From Gaiellaceae bacterium (GTDB lineage: Bacteria; Actinomycetota; Thermoleophilia; Gaiellales; Gaiellaceae), in assembly GCA_035534955.1 (NCBI GenBank), contig DATLQV010000032.1, positions 1,988 through 65,987 on the forward strand: a DNA stretch of 64,000 nt, given 5' to 3'. A program made the translations under genes and the position numbers. Under the pieces are notes generated by a model. That model saw only the letters and a list, made by a program, of their open reading frames with translations. It was not told the DNA's origin and did not search any database. The stretch's first letter is position 1; each line of letters begins with the position of its first letter. This document shows positions 54,967 through 63,121 of the stretch, in pieces.

Positions 54967-55490
54967 GCGAATCCCTCCGCGGCCGCCGCACGCAGCGCGT
55001 CCGGGGACGCCTTTGCACCGAGTGCCTCGACAATCGCGTCCTGCAGCGTCTCGAGCGGCGGCTCGCCGAGCGCGGCGGCGACGGCGCCGAGCATCGCGAC
55101 GTTGGCGAAGCTCCCGCCACCGGCACCGGCAAAGCGCGCCGTAGGCACGGCGTGAACCGCTGCACCCGCGAGCGTCGGCATGGCGCGATCCGCGTTGACC
55201 AGGACCATCGTCGTCGCCGAGACGCCATCGCACACCGCCTGCTCCCCGAGAAGCGACTCGTCGAGAACGACCACGAAATCGGGCTCCTCGATCGAGTCAT
55301 GGCGGCGCACGCGGTGGTCGCTGTAGCGCGTGTACGCCCGCAGCGGGGCGCCGCGCCGCTCCGGCCCGTATTCCGGGAACGACTGCACGCTCTTCCCGGT
55401 GCGGAGCAGCGCGAGCGCCAGGATGTTCGAGGCGGTCTTCGCGCCCTGGCCTGCACGTGCGTGCCAGCGAATCTCGGTCAGGTCGCGCAC
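54954..55490 (-). CDS. porG: 2-oxoacid:ferredoxin oxidoreductase, gamma subunit
   Basis: 'IRWHARAGQGAKTASNILA...FPEYGPERRGAP'. Confidence 0.85.
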   Translation of the reverse strand: MRDLTEIRWHARAGQGAKTASNILALALLRTGKSVQSFPEYGPERRGAPLRAYTRYSDHRVRRHDSIEEPDFVVVLDESLLGEQAVCDGVSATTMVLVNADRAMPTLAGAAVHAVPTARFAGAGGGSFANVAMLGAVAAALGEPPLETLQDAIVEALGAKASPDALRAAAAEGFACLN

Positions 55491-56839
55491 AGCGCCTCCT
55501 CGATGGCGCGCGCGGCGCGCTTGCCGTCGGCGACGGCCTGCACGACGCTCGCGCCGCCGTTGATCGCGTCACCGCCGGCGTAGACGTAGGGGGCCGAGGT
55601 GCATCCGGTCTCGGCGTCCGTGGTGAGCACTCCCTGAGCCTGGTCGAGACCGCCGAACCAGCTCGAGATCTCGGTGCGGGGCTCCTGGCCGATCGCGGCG
55701 ATCACGCTGTCGGCCGACAGCGCGAATTGCGCGCCGGGAACGACGTCGAGGACGCGCCCTTCTCCGAGGCGCAGCCGGTCGAAGACAACGCGTTGCACGT
55801 GGCCGTCTCCCTCCAGCGCCGCCGGCGCGGCGAGCCATTCGAAGGCGACCCCTTCCGCTTCGGCGTCCGCGACCTCGAATGCGTATGCCGGCATCTGCTC
55901 AAGCGTGCGCCGATACGCGATCGTCACCTGTGGTGCGCCGAGCCGAATGGCCTCTCGCGCGACGTCGATCGCGGTGTTGCCGCCGCCGAGGACGACGACG
56001 TGCTCGCCGAGCTCGGGTGCGCGCCCCTGCTTGACCGCTGCGATGAACTCGAGAGACGGCCAGACGCCCACGAGATCGGTGCCGGGGCACTCGAGCCGGC
56101 GGTCGGCGCCCAGGCCGACGCCGAGGAATATGGCGTCTGCGTCGCCGAGCAGGTCGGCCAGATCGCCGTCCGAGTCGATCCGAACGCCGAGGCGGAAACG
56201 GACACCGAGCTCCTCGAGCGCGATCCGCTCCTCCGGGAGTGGATCGACGAGCTGCCGGTACGGCGCGATCGCGGTCCGGACGACGCCACCGACCTCGTCG
56301 TGCTCGTCCACGACGACGACGTCGAATCCGTCCGCGGCGAGCTCTCCGGCGCAGCTCAATCCGGCCGGCCCCGCGCCGACCACGAGGACGCGGCAGCCGG
56401 TGGGGGCCAAACGGCGGCGCAGGGGTACGTCCTCGTCGCGCCCGGCATCGGTCGCGAATCGCTGGAGCGCGGCGATCGCGATCGGCTTCTGGCCGATGTG
56501 CGACAGGACGCAGGCGCCTTCGCAGAGCACTTCGACCGGGCACACGCGCGAGCACGTGCCCCCGAGCAGGTTTTCGCGATAGATCGTTCTCGCGGCGTCG
56601 AGCGCTGCACCGGCTGCGAGCTCGCGGATGAAGCGCGGCACGTCCACGCCCGCAGGGCACGCGGCCGTGCACGGCGCCTGCGCGTACGGCCCGGAGCAGT
56701 CGAGACAGCGGTCGGCCTCGATCAGCGCGGCCTCCGCAGCAAGCGCCGGCCGAAGCTCTGGGAACCGGTCGAGAACAGCCACAGAATGAGCTTGGCCGCA
56801 CCAGGCCTGCGGAACCTCCGCATGTTCCCTGATCGGCAC
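55478..56839 (-). CDS. Glutamate-synthase-small-subunit-like NAD(P)H:acceptor (ferredoxin) oxidoreductase
   Basis: N-terminal Fe-S Cys clusters 'CLDCSGPYAQAPCTAACP', 'CSRVCPVEVLCEGAC'. 'VLVVGAGPAGLSCA', 'VVVLGGGNTAIDVA', 'VYAGGDA'. Confidence 0.85.
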   Translation of the reverse strand: MPIREHAEVPQAWCGQAHSVAVLDRFPELRPALAAEAALIEADRCLDCSGPYAQAPCTAACPAGVDVPRFIRELAAGAALDAARTIYRENLLGGTCSRVCPVEVLCEGACVLSHIGQKPIAIAALQRFATDAGRDEDVPLRRRLAPTGCRVLVVGAGPAGLSCAGELAADGFDVVVVDEHDEVGGVVRTAIAPYRQLVDPLPEERIALEELGVRFRLGVRIDSDGDLADLLGDADAIFLGVGLGADRRLECPGTDLVGVWPSLEFIAAVKQGRAPELGEHVVVLGGGNTAIDVAREAIRLGAPQVTIAYRRTLEQMPAYAFEVADAEAEGVAFEWLAAPAALEGDGHVQRVVFDRLRLGEGRVLDVVPGAQFALSADSVIAAIGQEPRTEISSWFGGLDQAQGVLTTDAETGCTSAPYVYAGGDAINGGASVVQAVADGKRAARAIEEALCAT

Positions 56840-56912
56840 TCAGCGAGTGACCCGATTCGACGCCGCCGCGGAGCGCCAACACTAGAGGTCCACGAGTGAA
56901 GTGGAGGACAGG

Positions 56913-57401
56913 ATGAAACCGATCATGTTGGCAACCGACGGGTCGCCCTCGGCGGAGGACGCGACGCGAGAGGCGATCGAGCTCGCGAGCGAGCTCCATG
57001 CTCCGCTCACGGTCGTGGCCGTCGCACATGCACACCTGCCGTTCGTCGGCTATTACGGCTACGCGTACACCGACGTGATCGCCGAGCTGCAGAAGATGCA
57101 GCGCGAGCACGTCGAGCAGGTGCTCGAGACCGTTGGCGAGCGGGTCACCGCCGCCGGCGTCGCCGGCGAGACACTCGCGCTCGAGGGCATGCCGGGCGAG
57201 GAGATCTGCAAGGCCGCGCAGGAGCGCGACGTTCGCCTGATCGTCGTCGGCGCGCACGGCTGGGGCCGAGTCGGCAGGGTGGTCCACGGCAGCGTCTCGG
57301 AGTACGTCCTGCACCACGCCGATGCGCCGGTGCTCGTCGTGGCAGGGGAGCCTGCAACGCCCACGGACGCGGAGACCGAGAAGAACGCGGTCGCGGCATG
57401 A
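56913..57401 (+). CDS. Universal stress protein (UspA family)
   Basis: 'IMLATDGSPSAEDA', 'IVVGAHGWGRVGRVVHGSVSEYVLHHADAPVLVV'. The ATG at 56913 follows a GGAGGA RBS. Confidence 0.9.
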   Translation: MKPIMLATDGSPSAEDATREAIELASELHAPLTVVAVAHAHLPFVGYYGYAYTDVIAELQKMQREHVEQVLETVGERVTAAGVAGETLALEGMPGEEICKAAQERDVRLIVVGAHGWGRVGRVVHGSVSEYVLHHADAPVLVVAGEPATPTDAETEKNAVAA

Positions 57402-57562
57402 GCTTCCACGCCGCGAATCCCCTGGCAGCCGCGGCGATCGCAGTCATGTCCGGCTACCTCATGGTGTCTGCCGGGATCGCGAAGAAGCGTCTCACGGTGC
57501 GCGGGAAGGCCTGCCCGACGTGTCACAACCCGCGCACCGGGTGTACGTGCCGGTGGCTCTGA
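57398..57562 (+). CDS. 54-aa membrane micro-protein with C-terminal CPTCHNPRTGCTC motif (below the ORF-track cut-off)
   Basis: Hand translation: MSFHAANPLAAAAIAVMSGYLMVSAGIAKKRLTVRGKACPTCHNPRTGCTCRWL. ATGA overlap with the USP stop. High GC3. Confidence 0.45.
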   Translation: MSFHAANPLAAAAIAVMSGYLMVSAGIAKKRLTVRGKACPTCHNPRTGCTCRWL

Positions 57563-57564
57563 GC

Positions 57565-57999
57565 TCACCCGTCGAGCGCTAGCCGCTGCAGCACCGCGTC
57601 CACGCGCAGGAAGCCGCCCTTCGCTCCCTCCTCGACGCCGTACTGCATCGTCGTGTCGCGCTCCTCGGTCGTCGCGAAGTGCATCGTCTGCGTCAGCTTC
57701 GTCCGCTCGCCGAGATCCTCGAACTCGAGCGTCTGCAGATGGTTCATGAATGTCTGCACGAGCCGCTCGGGCGCGTCGACCTCGCGGTATTCGCCCTCGA
57801 CGACGCCGAATGCGGTCCGGAAGCGGTACGTGCCACCGGCACGGACATCCATCTCCTCGACGACCGTGCCGTCGCCCCACCACTCCGGGATCAGCTTCGG
57901 GTCGGTCCAGACGGAATAGACGTGGGCGCGCGGCGCGTCGAAGATCCGCTCGACGCGAATCTCGAGCTCGTTCGGCATGGTGACTGTGGTCTCGTTCAT
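57565..57999 (-). CDS. SRPBCC-superfamily protein (AHSA1/Aha1-like)
   Basis: 'LEIRVERIFDAPRAHVYSVWTDPKLIPEWWG'. Confidence 0.85.
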   Translation of the reverse strand: MNETTVTMPNELEIRVERIFDAPRAHVYSVWTDPKLIPEWWGDGTVVEEMDVRAGGTYRFRTAFGVVEGEYREVDAPERLVQTFMNHLQTLEFEDLGERTKLTQTMHFATTEERDTTMQYGVEEGAKGGFLRVDAVLQRLALDG

Positions 58000-58415
58000 C
58001 AGCTTGCCGCTTTCTTCACGAGCGCCCGAATCTTCGTTTCATCGGCTGCTGTCAGCTTCGTCAGCGCGAAGGCGATCGGCCACATCGAGCCTTGGTCGAG
58101 CTTGGCACTGTCGTTGAAGCCGAGCATCGCGTATCGCTCCTTGAATTTCGCCGCGTCGCGGAAGAAGACGACGACTTTCCCCTCTCGGGCGTACGCGGGC
58201 ATGCCGTACCAGGTCTTCGGCACGAGGTCGGGTGCAGCCTCGGTGACGATCGCGTGAATGCGCTTCCCGAGCGCGCGATCGGCGGGCGTCATCTTCGCGA
58301 GCGCGTCGAGCACGGCAGTCTCCCCCTCGGCGGCCGCCTTCAGCTCTTTGGCCCGCGCCCGCATCGCCGCCTTTTCCTCGGCGCTGAATCCTTCTTTCTT
58401 CTTCGTGGTACTCAT
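57999..58415 (-). CDS. DUF1801 (YdhG-like) domain protein
   Basis: 'WYGMPAYAREGKVVVFFRDAAKFKERYAMLGF'. ATG at 58415 with an AAGGAGA RBS. Confidence 0.7.
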   Translation of the reverse strand: MSTTKKKEGFSAEEKAAMRARAKELKAAAEGETAVLDALAKMTPADRALGKRIHAIVTEAAPDLVPKTWYGMPAYAREGKVVVFFRDAAKFKERYAMLGFNDSAKLDQGSMWPIAFALTKLTAADETKIRALVKKAAS

Positions 58416-58732
58416 CGTTCTCCTTTTGTCCGTTCGACAACATGTGCAAAACGGTCGAGCCGTTGCAGCCACGTGCTGATGCCTTCGAAGGCGTAGGGCG
58501 CGAGCGTGCACCTGCGGACGCGGCCGACCTTCTCCGTCGTCACGAGCTCCGCCGCCTCGAGCAGCCGGATGTGCTTCTGCATTCCTGTCAAGGACATGCC
58601 GAAGGGCTCGGCAAGCTCGCTGATCGTCGCCCTGCCGGAACCGAGCCGTTCGAGGACAGCCCGGCGGGTCGGGTCGGCCAGGGCCGCGAACGCTCGATCG
58701 ACCGCCGCTGAATGCTGAACCATTCGGTTCAC
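58412..58732 (-). CDS. ArsR/SmtB-family transcriptional regulator
   Basis: 'FAALADPTRRAVLERLGSGRATISELAEPFGMSLTGMQKHIRLLEAAELV'. Heads the ArsR-DUF1801-SRPBCC operon. Confidence 0.9.
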   Translation of the reverse strand: MNRMVQHSAAVDRAFAALADPTRRAVLERLGSGRATISELAEPFGMSLTGMQKHIRLLEAAELVTTEKVGRVRRCTLAPYAFEGISTWLQRLDRFAHVVERTKGER

Positions 58733-58763
58733 TGTAGCAGCGCGGCCGCGAACGGTGGTTCGG

Positions 58764-60299
58764 CTACGCGTCGAGCGTCTCGCGCACCTTGCGCGCGAGG
58801 TCGTTCGGGAGATAGGGCTTCTCGATGAACGCTGTCTGCGCCTCCGCGATTCCGTGGCGCAGGACGGTGTCGGAGGGATAGCCGGACGTGAAGAGCACCT
58901 TCAGGCCGTGACAACTGGCTATCAGTCGCTCTGCAAGCTCTCGTCCGTTCATCCGTGGCATCACGACGTCGGTCATCACCAGGTCGATCCGGGTGTCCGT
59001 CTGTTCGGCGATGCGCAGTGCATCCCGGCCGCCGGCGGCGGCGAGCACGGCGTACCCGTACGACTCGAGCGTATTCGTGACGAGCGCGCGGACCACCTCC
59101 GTGTCCTCGACGAGCAAGATCGTTTCATTGCCTCTGAGCGACGGCAGATCGCGCGAGATGGTCCTGGGCTCCACGTACGCGTTCGTGGTCGGGAAATAGA
59201 GCTTGAAGGTCGTCCCCATCCCCGCCTCGCTGTAGAACCAGATGTGGCCGCCGCTCTGCTTCACCAGGCCGTAGACCGTCGCCAACCCGAGGCCGGTGCC
59301 TTCGTCCTTCGTCGTGAAGAAGGGATCGAACACACGACTCTGCGTCTCCTTGTCCATCCCTGTGCCGGAGTCGGTGATCTGCAAGAGGACATACGAGCCC
59401 GGAGCGACTTCCCCATGGGTATGCAGCAAGTCCTCATCGAGTTCGACGCCGACGGTGCTGATCCTGAGCGTGCCGCCGCTTTCGCTCATCGCGTCCCGGG
59501 CGTTGAGGGCGAGGTTCATGACCGCCTGTGCAATCTGGCCGCGATCGACGAGGACCGTCCCGATGCCCGGTTCGAGCTCCGATTCGATCTGGACACTTGC
59601 ACCGATCGAGCGTTGCAGCAGCGTCAGCGTCTCCGCGACGACCGCGTTGAGGTCGGTGACCTCCGGCCGAAGGACCTGCTGCCGGCTGAACGCGAGTAGC
59701 TGACGTGTGAACTCTCCCGCTCGTTCTGCGGCGCTGTCGATCTGCTGCGCGCTATCGCGTTGGTCCTCGTCGCTCAACTCGTTGAGCAGGATGGCGCTGT
59801 AGCCGCGAATCACGAGCAACAGGTTGTTGAAGTCGTGTGCGATGCCGCCGGCCAGCCGACCGATCGCCTCCATCTTCTGACCCTGCCGTAACTGTTCTTC
59901 CAGCTCGCGCTGAGCGGTCATGTCCTGGGCGAGGACCAGACCCGCCTGGCGTCCCTCGAACGGGATCGAATCCGACGACACGAGAACCTCCACGAAGGTG
60001 CCGTTCTTCCGCCGGTGGCGCACGATGCTGGCCTCTCGTCCCTCACCGAGTGCCGCCTCGTCCTCCGGCGCGAGGATCTTCTTGATCGTCATCGAGAGAA
60101 ACTCATCGCGCGAGTAGCCATACGAAGCGATGGCGGCTTCGTTGACGCGCAGAAAGCGAAGCGTCGCCAGGTCGTAGAGCCACATCGGCGCCGGATGGCG
60201 CTCGAACAGGGCGCGGTAACTGTCCTCCGATCGATGAAGTGCCTCCTGGAGCTCCCGCTCGGTCAGGTCGGGTCTCATCGACGCTACGGCATCGGTCAT
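58764..60299 (-). CDS. Hybrid sensor kinase: PAS - HisKA - HATPase_c - receiver, cytoplasmic
   Basis: PAS 'YRALFERHPAPMWLYD', H-box 'IAHDFNNLL', 'NLALNARDAM', 'DSGTGM', 'GLGLATV', receiver 'ILLVEDTEVV...DLVMTDVVMPRMNG'. ATG at 60299. Confidence 0.9.
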   Translation of the reverse strand: MTDAVASMRPDLTERELQEALHRSEDSYRALFERHPAPMWLYDLATLRFLRVNEAAIASYGYSRDEFLSMTIKKILAPEDEAALGEGREASIVRHRRKNGTFVEVLVSSDSIPFEGRQAGLVLAQDMTAQRELEEQLRQGQKMEAIGRLAGGIAHDFNNLLLVIRGYSAILLNELSDEDQRDSAQQIDSAAERAGEFTRQLLAFSRQQVLRPEVTDLNAVVAETLTLLQRSIGASVQIESELEPGIGTVLVDRGQIAQAVMNLALNARDAMSESGGTLRISTVGVELDEDLLHTHGEVAPGSYVLLQITDSGTGMDKETQSRVFDPFFTTKDEGTGLGLATVYGLVKQSGGHIWFYSEAGMGTTFKLYFPTTNAYVEPRTISRDLPSLRGNETILLVEDTEVVRALVTNTLESYGYAVLAAAGGRDALRIAEQTDTRIDLVMTDVVMPRMNGRELAERLIASCHGLKVLFTSGYPSDTVLRHGIAEAQTAFIEKPYLPNDLARKVRETLDA

Positions 60300-60444
60300 G
60301 TCGCCGCCCCTTCCACACCAGAGACTTCCGTGTCCACAGGATCCACGCGGGCCGAATCGCGAGCGGCACCGGCAGGTGGTCTGATTCCACCCTACTCCCG
60401 GTAGTCCAAACGTCAACACACATTTGGGTCTATAGCGTGTTGAG

Positions 60445-61494
60445 GTGCCCGAGCCCAGGCTCCGGCGGCCCGCCCGCAGCTACGACCTCCATCAGCACCT
60501 GACGGTGCTGTTCGTCTGCGCCGTTGCGACCGTGATCTTCACGCGCGCCTTTCTCGCTGCGACCGGCTACCCGCAGGTCGGCGGCTCGAAGTTGCACATC
60601 GCGCACGTGCTCTGGGGCGGTCTGCTGCTCTTGACGGCGCTGATCACGACGCTCGCATTCCTGAGCCCGGCTGCAAAGCCGATCGCCTCGGTGTTGGGCG
60701 GCGTCGGCTTCGGCCTCTTTATCGACGAGGTCGGCAAGTTCGTCACGAAGGACGTGAACTACTTCTACCGGCCGGCTATCGCGATCATCTATGTCTGCTT
60801 CGTCGTCCTGTTCGGTGTGATCCGCTGGTTGTCGCGCCGCCGCTTCAGCGCGCAAGAGGCAACGCTGAGTGGGCTCGACGCGCTGCAGCGAGCGGCCGTC
60901 GGGGCTCTCAGCGCAGAGCGGCGCACGCACATCCTCAATCTGATGGCAAGCACGGGAGCCGACACTCCGCTCGCGCAGAGCGTGCGCGAGCTGCTCGCGC
61001 AGAGCGCGAGCGAGCCGGTGCTCCACTCACCGGTGACGCACCGTCTCTCGAAGTGGCTGGAACGGCGCTGGGTTCCGCTCACCGAGCACCGCCTCTTCCG
61101 CCAGGGACTGTTCGCCATCCTGTGCGTCGCGGCGGCGATCTCCGCAGCAGAGGCCGGCTGGCTGCTGCGCCACGGGGTCGGGCACCTTTCCTTCAGCCAA
61201 CGCGCGTTCACGCTGACGACGGTCGTCGCCGATCTCGCGCTCCTGATCGGCGCCATCAGGCTCTCGCGGTCACTGCTCTCTGCACTGCACTGGTACGACC
61301 ACGCCGTCCTGCTCGAGATCACCGTCGGCCAGATCTTCCTCTACACCTCCGAGCAGCTCGCAGCGACGCTCAACCTCGTCGCCCTCTTGATCGTCTGGAG
61401 CCTGATCCGCTGGGCGCTCCAGTTCGAGACCGCGAAACAGTCCACGCACCCCGCGGTGGCCGCGCGAGGAGCTGGTTCGGGCAAGGAGAACTGA
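60445..61494 (+). CDS. Integral membrane protein, unknown function (~8 TM)
   Basis: Repeated hydrophobic helices. 'GLFIDEVGKFVTKDVNYFYRP'. GTG start. Confidence 0.6.
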   Translation: MPEPRLRRPARSYDLHQHLTVLFVCAVATVIFTRAFLAATGYPQVGGSKLHIAHVLWGGLLLLTALITTLAFLSPAAKPIASVLGGVGFGLFIDEVGKFVTKDVNYFYRPAIAIIYVCFVVLFGVIRWLSRRRFSAQEATLSGLDALQRAAVGALSAERRTHILNLMASTGADTPLAQSVRELLAQSASEPVLHSPVTHRLSKWLERRWVPLTEHRLFRQGLFAILCVAAAISAAEAGWLLRHGVGHLSFSQRAFTLTTVVADLALLIGAIRLSRSLLSALHWYDHAVLLEITVGQIFLYTSEQLAATLNLVALLIVWSLIRWALQFETAKQSTHPAVAARGAGSGKEN

Positions 61495-61531
61495 GAGGGG
61501 CGAGCAGGCAGCGTCGCCGAAGGAGTAGACC

Positions 61532-61945
61532 GTGCCCAAGAAGAAGGTGTCGGCGTCCAAGAAGCGCAGCAGGCCCGAGCACTGGAAGGACGAGCCAGAC
61601 GAGCACGACTTCCCGGCGGCCGCGGACTATCTGACGCTGGTCGTGTCGGAACCGGCAGCGGCAGTGCTCGTCGACGGGCTGAAGCGTGCCGAGAAGGTCG
61701 CCCGCCAGGCGAAGGATCTGCTGCGCGCCAGCCGGCTGACGCTGCTTCCGCGCAACAACGCCCATGTCGCCGCGGATCTGAAGAAGGTGTCCGGCGGCGA
61801 GCGGCTTTCGCCCGTCCTGCTCGTCCGCGGCCAAGCGGAGAAAGGCCTCCCGCTTCTGGTCGCCGACGGCTACCACCGCATCTGCGCGAGTTACCACCTC
61901 GACGAGGACGCGGACATCCCCTGTCGCATGGTCGAGTTGCCGTGA
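61532..61945 (+). CDS. Small ParB/sulfiredoxin-fold-like protein
   Basis: 'PVLLVRG...LPLLVADGYHRICASY' resembles the ParB N-terminal domain 'DG.HR' motif. Basic N-terminal tail. Confidence 0.5.
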   Translation: MPKKKVSASKKRSRPEHWKDEPDEHDFPAAADYLTLVVSEPAAAVLVDGLKRAEKVARQAKDLLRASRLTLLPRNNAHVAADLKKVSGGERLSPVLLVRGQAEKGLPLLVADGYHRICASYHLDEDADIPCRMVELP

Positions 61946-62769
61946 CCGAGCTCCCCGCATCGCCGCGGGACGATCAACACGTCCGGCGGGCGCTGCTTGC
62001 GCTCGAGTTTCCCGGCCTGGGCGACTTCGACGACCCGAAGCTCGCATGGCGGCGGCTGTTCGGGGAGCTCTTCGGGACGTTTCTGCTCGTCCTCGTGGGC
62101 GCAGGCGGCGCCGTCGTCGGCGCGCTCAGCCACGGCGCGGTCAGCCGGACGGCTGCCGTCGCGGCGCCGGGGCTGATGGTGATGGCGATCATCCTCTTCA
62201 TGGGCGCCGTGTCGGGCGCGCACCTGAACCCCGCGGTCACGCTCGCATTCAGCCTGCGCCGCGACTTTCCCTGGCGGCGCGTCCCCGGGTACCTGCTTGC
62301 ACAACTCGCCGGCGCGACGCTCGCGTGCCTGTTCCTCTGGGGGGTCTACGGCAAAGTGGGCGCGCTCGGGGCAACCGAGCCCGGGGCGGGCATCTCCGAC
62401 TGGAAGGTGATGCTGACCGAGCTCGTACTCACGGGCGGGCTTGTCAGCACGATCCTCGGCACGGCCTCACGTGCCCAGAACGTCGGCCCGTTCTCCGCCC
62501 TCGCCGTCGGCGGCTACATCATCCTCGCCGGCCTCTGGTCGAGCCCGATCAGCGGCGCGTCCATGAATCCCGCGCGCTCGTTCGCGCCCGATCTCGTCCT
62601 CGGCCGCTTCGACCACTTCTGGGCCTATGTCGTCGGACCCGCCATCGGCGGCACGATCGCGGTCGGCATCGCCTGGCTCCTCCGCGGGCCTGGAGGCGAC
62701 CCCGGCGGCCTCGCCGCCGCGCGTGGCACGCTCGAGGATCCGAGCGCAACGGCCGGCCCGCCCGGCTGA
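61942..62769 (+). CDS. MIP-family channel (aquaporin/glycerol facilitator)
   Basis: Two NPA boxes 'HLNPAVTLA' and 'SMNPARSFA'. GTG start overlaps the upstream stop (GTGA). Confidence 0.9.
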   Translation: MTELPASPRDDQHVRRALLALEFPGLGDFDDPKLAWRRLFGELFGTFLLVLVGAGGAVVGALSHGAVSRTAAVAAPGLMVMAIILFMGAVSGAHLNPAVTLAFSLRRDFPWRRVPGYLLAQLAGATLACLFLWGVYGKVGALGATEPGAGISDWKVMLTELVLTGGLVSTILGTASRAQNVGPFSALAVGGYIILAGLWSSPISGASMNPARSFAPDLVLGRFDHFWAYVVGPAIGGTIAVGIAWLLRGPGGDPGGLAAARGTLEDPSATAGPPG

Positions 62770-62820
62770 CAAAGAGGCTTCCTCGCGATGAGTTACCCGC
62801 CCCGCGCTCGTCTGGGTTAG

Positions 62821-63006
62821 ACCGCGGGCGGGAGCCAGACGGGGATCTGCATCGACACCTCCGACGTCGACGCCGACCACGCCGCGCTGAAGGCCGCCGG
62901 CGCCGACGTCGACGACGAGGTCACCCGCTGGGGCGGCCCGATCCCGCCGATGTTCTGGCTGCGCGACCCGGACGGAAACGCGCTCATCATCGTCCAGCCG
63001 CTCTAG
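62821..63006 (+). pseudogene. C-terminal fragment of a VOC/glyoxalase-family gene
   Basis: Open frame without any start codon: '...GICIDTSDVDADHAALKAAGADVDDEVTRWGGPIPPMFWLRDPDGNALIIVQPL*'. Confidence 0.45.
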
Positions 63007-63121
63007 CCCCTGCCGTGCTACCGTCGAATCAAGGTGTGAGGCCAAGGCTCGCCTCTTCTCGAGTACTCGAGCTGAAAGGCGGAAGTCGTGGCATCGAATC
63101 TCTCCAACGGCCCCACGTAGC

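Noticed and set aside
60413-60443. Inverted repeat TCAACAC-N17-GTGTTGA just upstream of the 60445 membrane-protein gene
   Set aside because: The arms are only 7 bp with a long spacer and abut the GTG start. A chance occurrence cannot be excluded.
63058-63071. Perfect 14-nt palindrome CTCGAGTACTCGAG upstream of the geranylgeranyl reductase gene
   Set aside because: It could be an operator. However, it is short, consists of two XhoI-like half sites, and no regulator gene is adjacent. The support is too weak to call it a feature.
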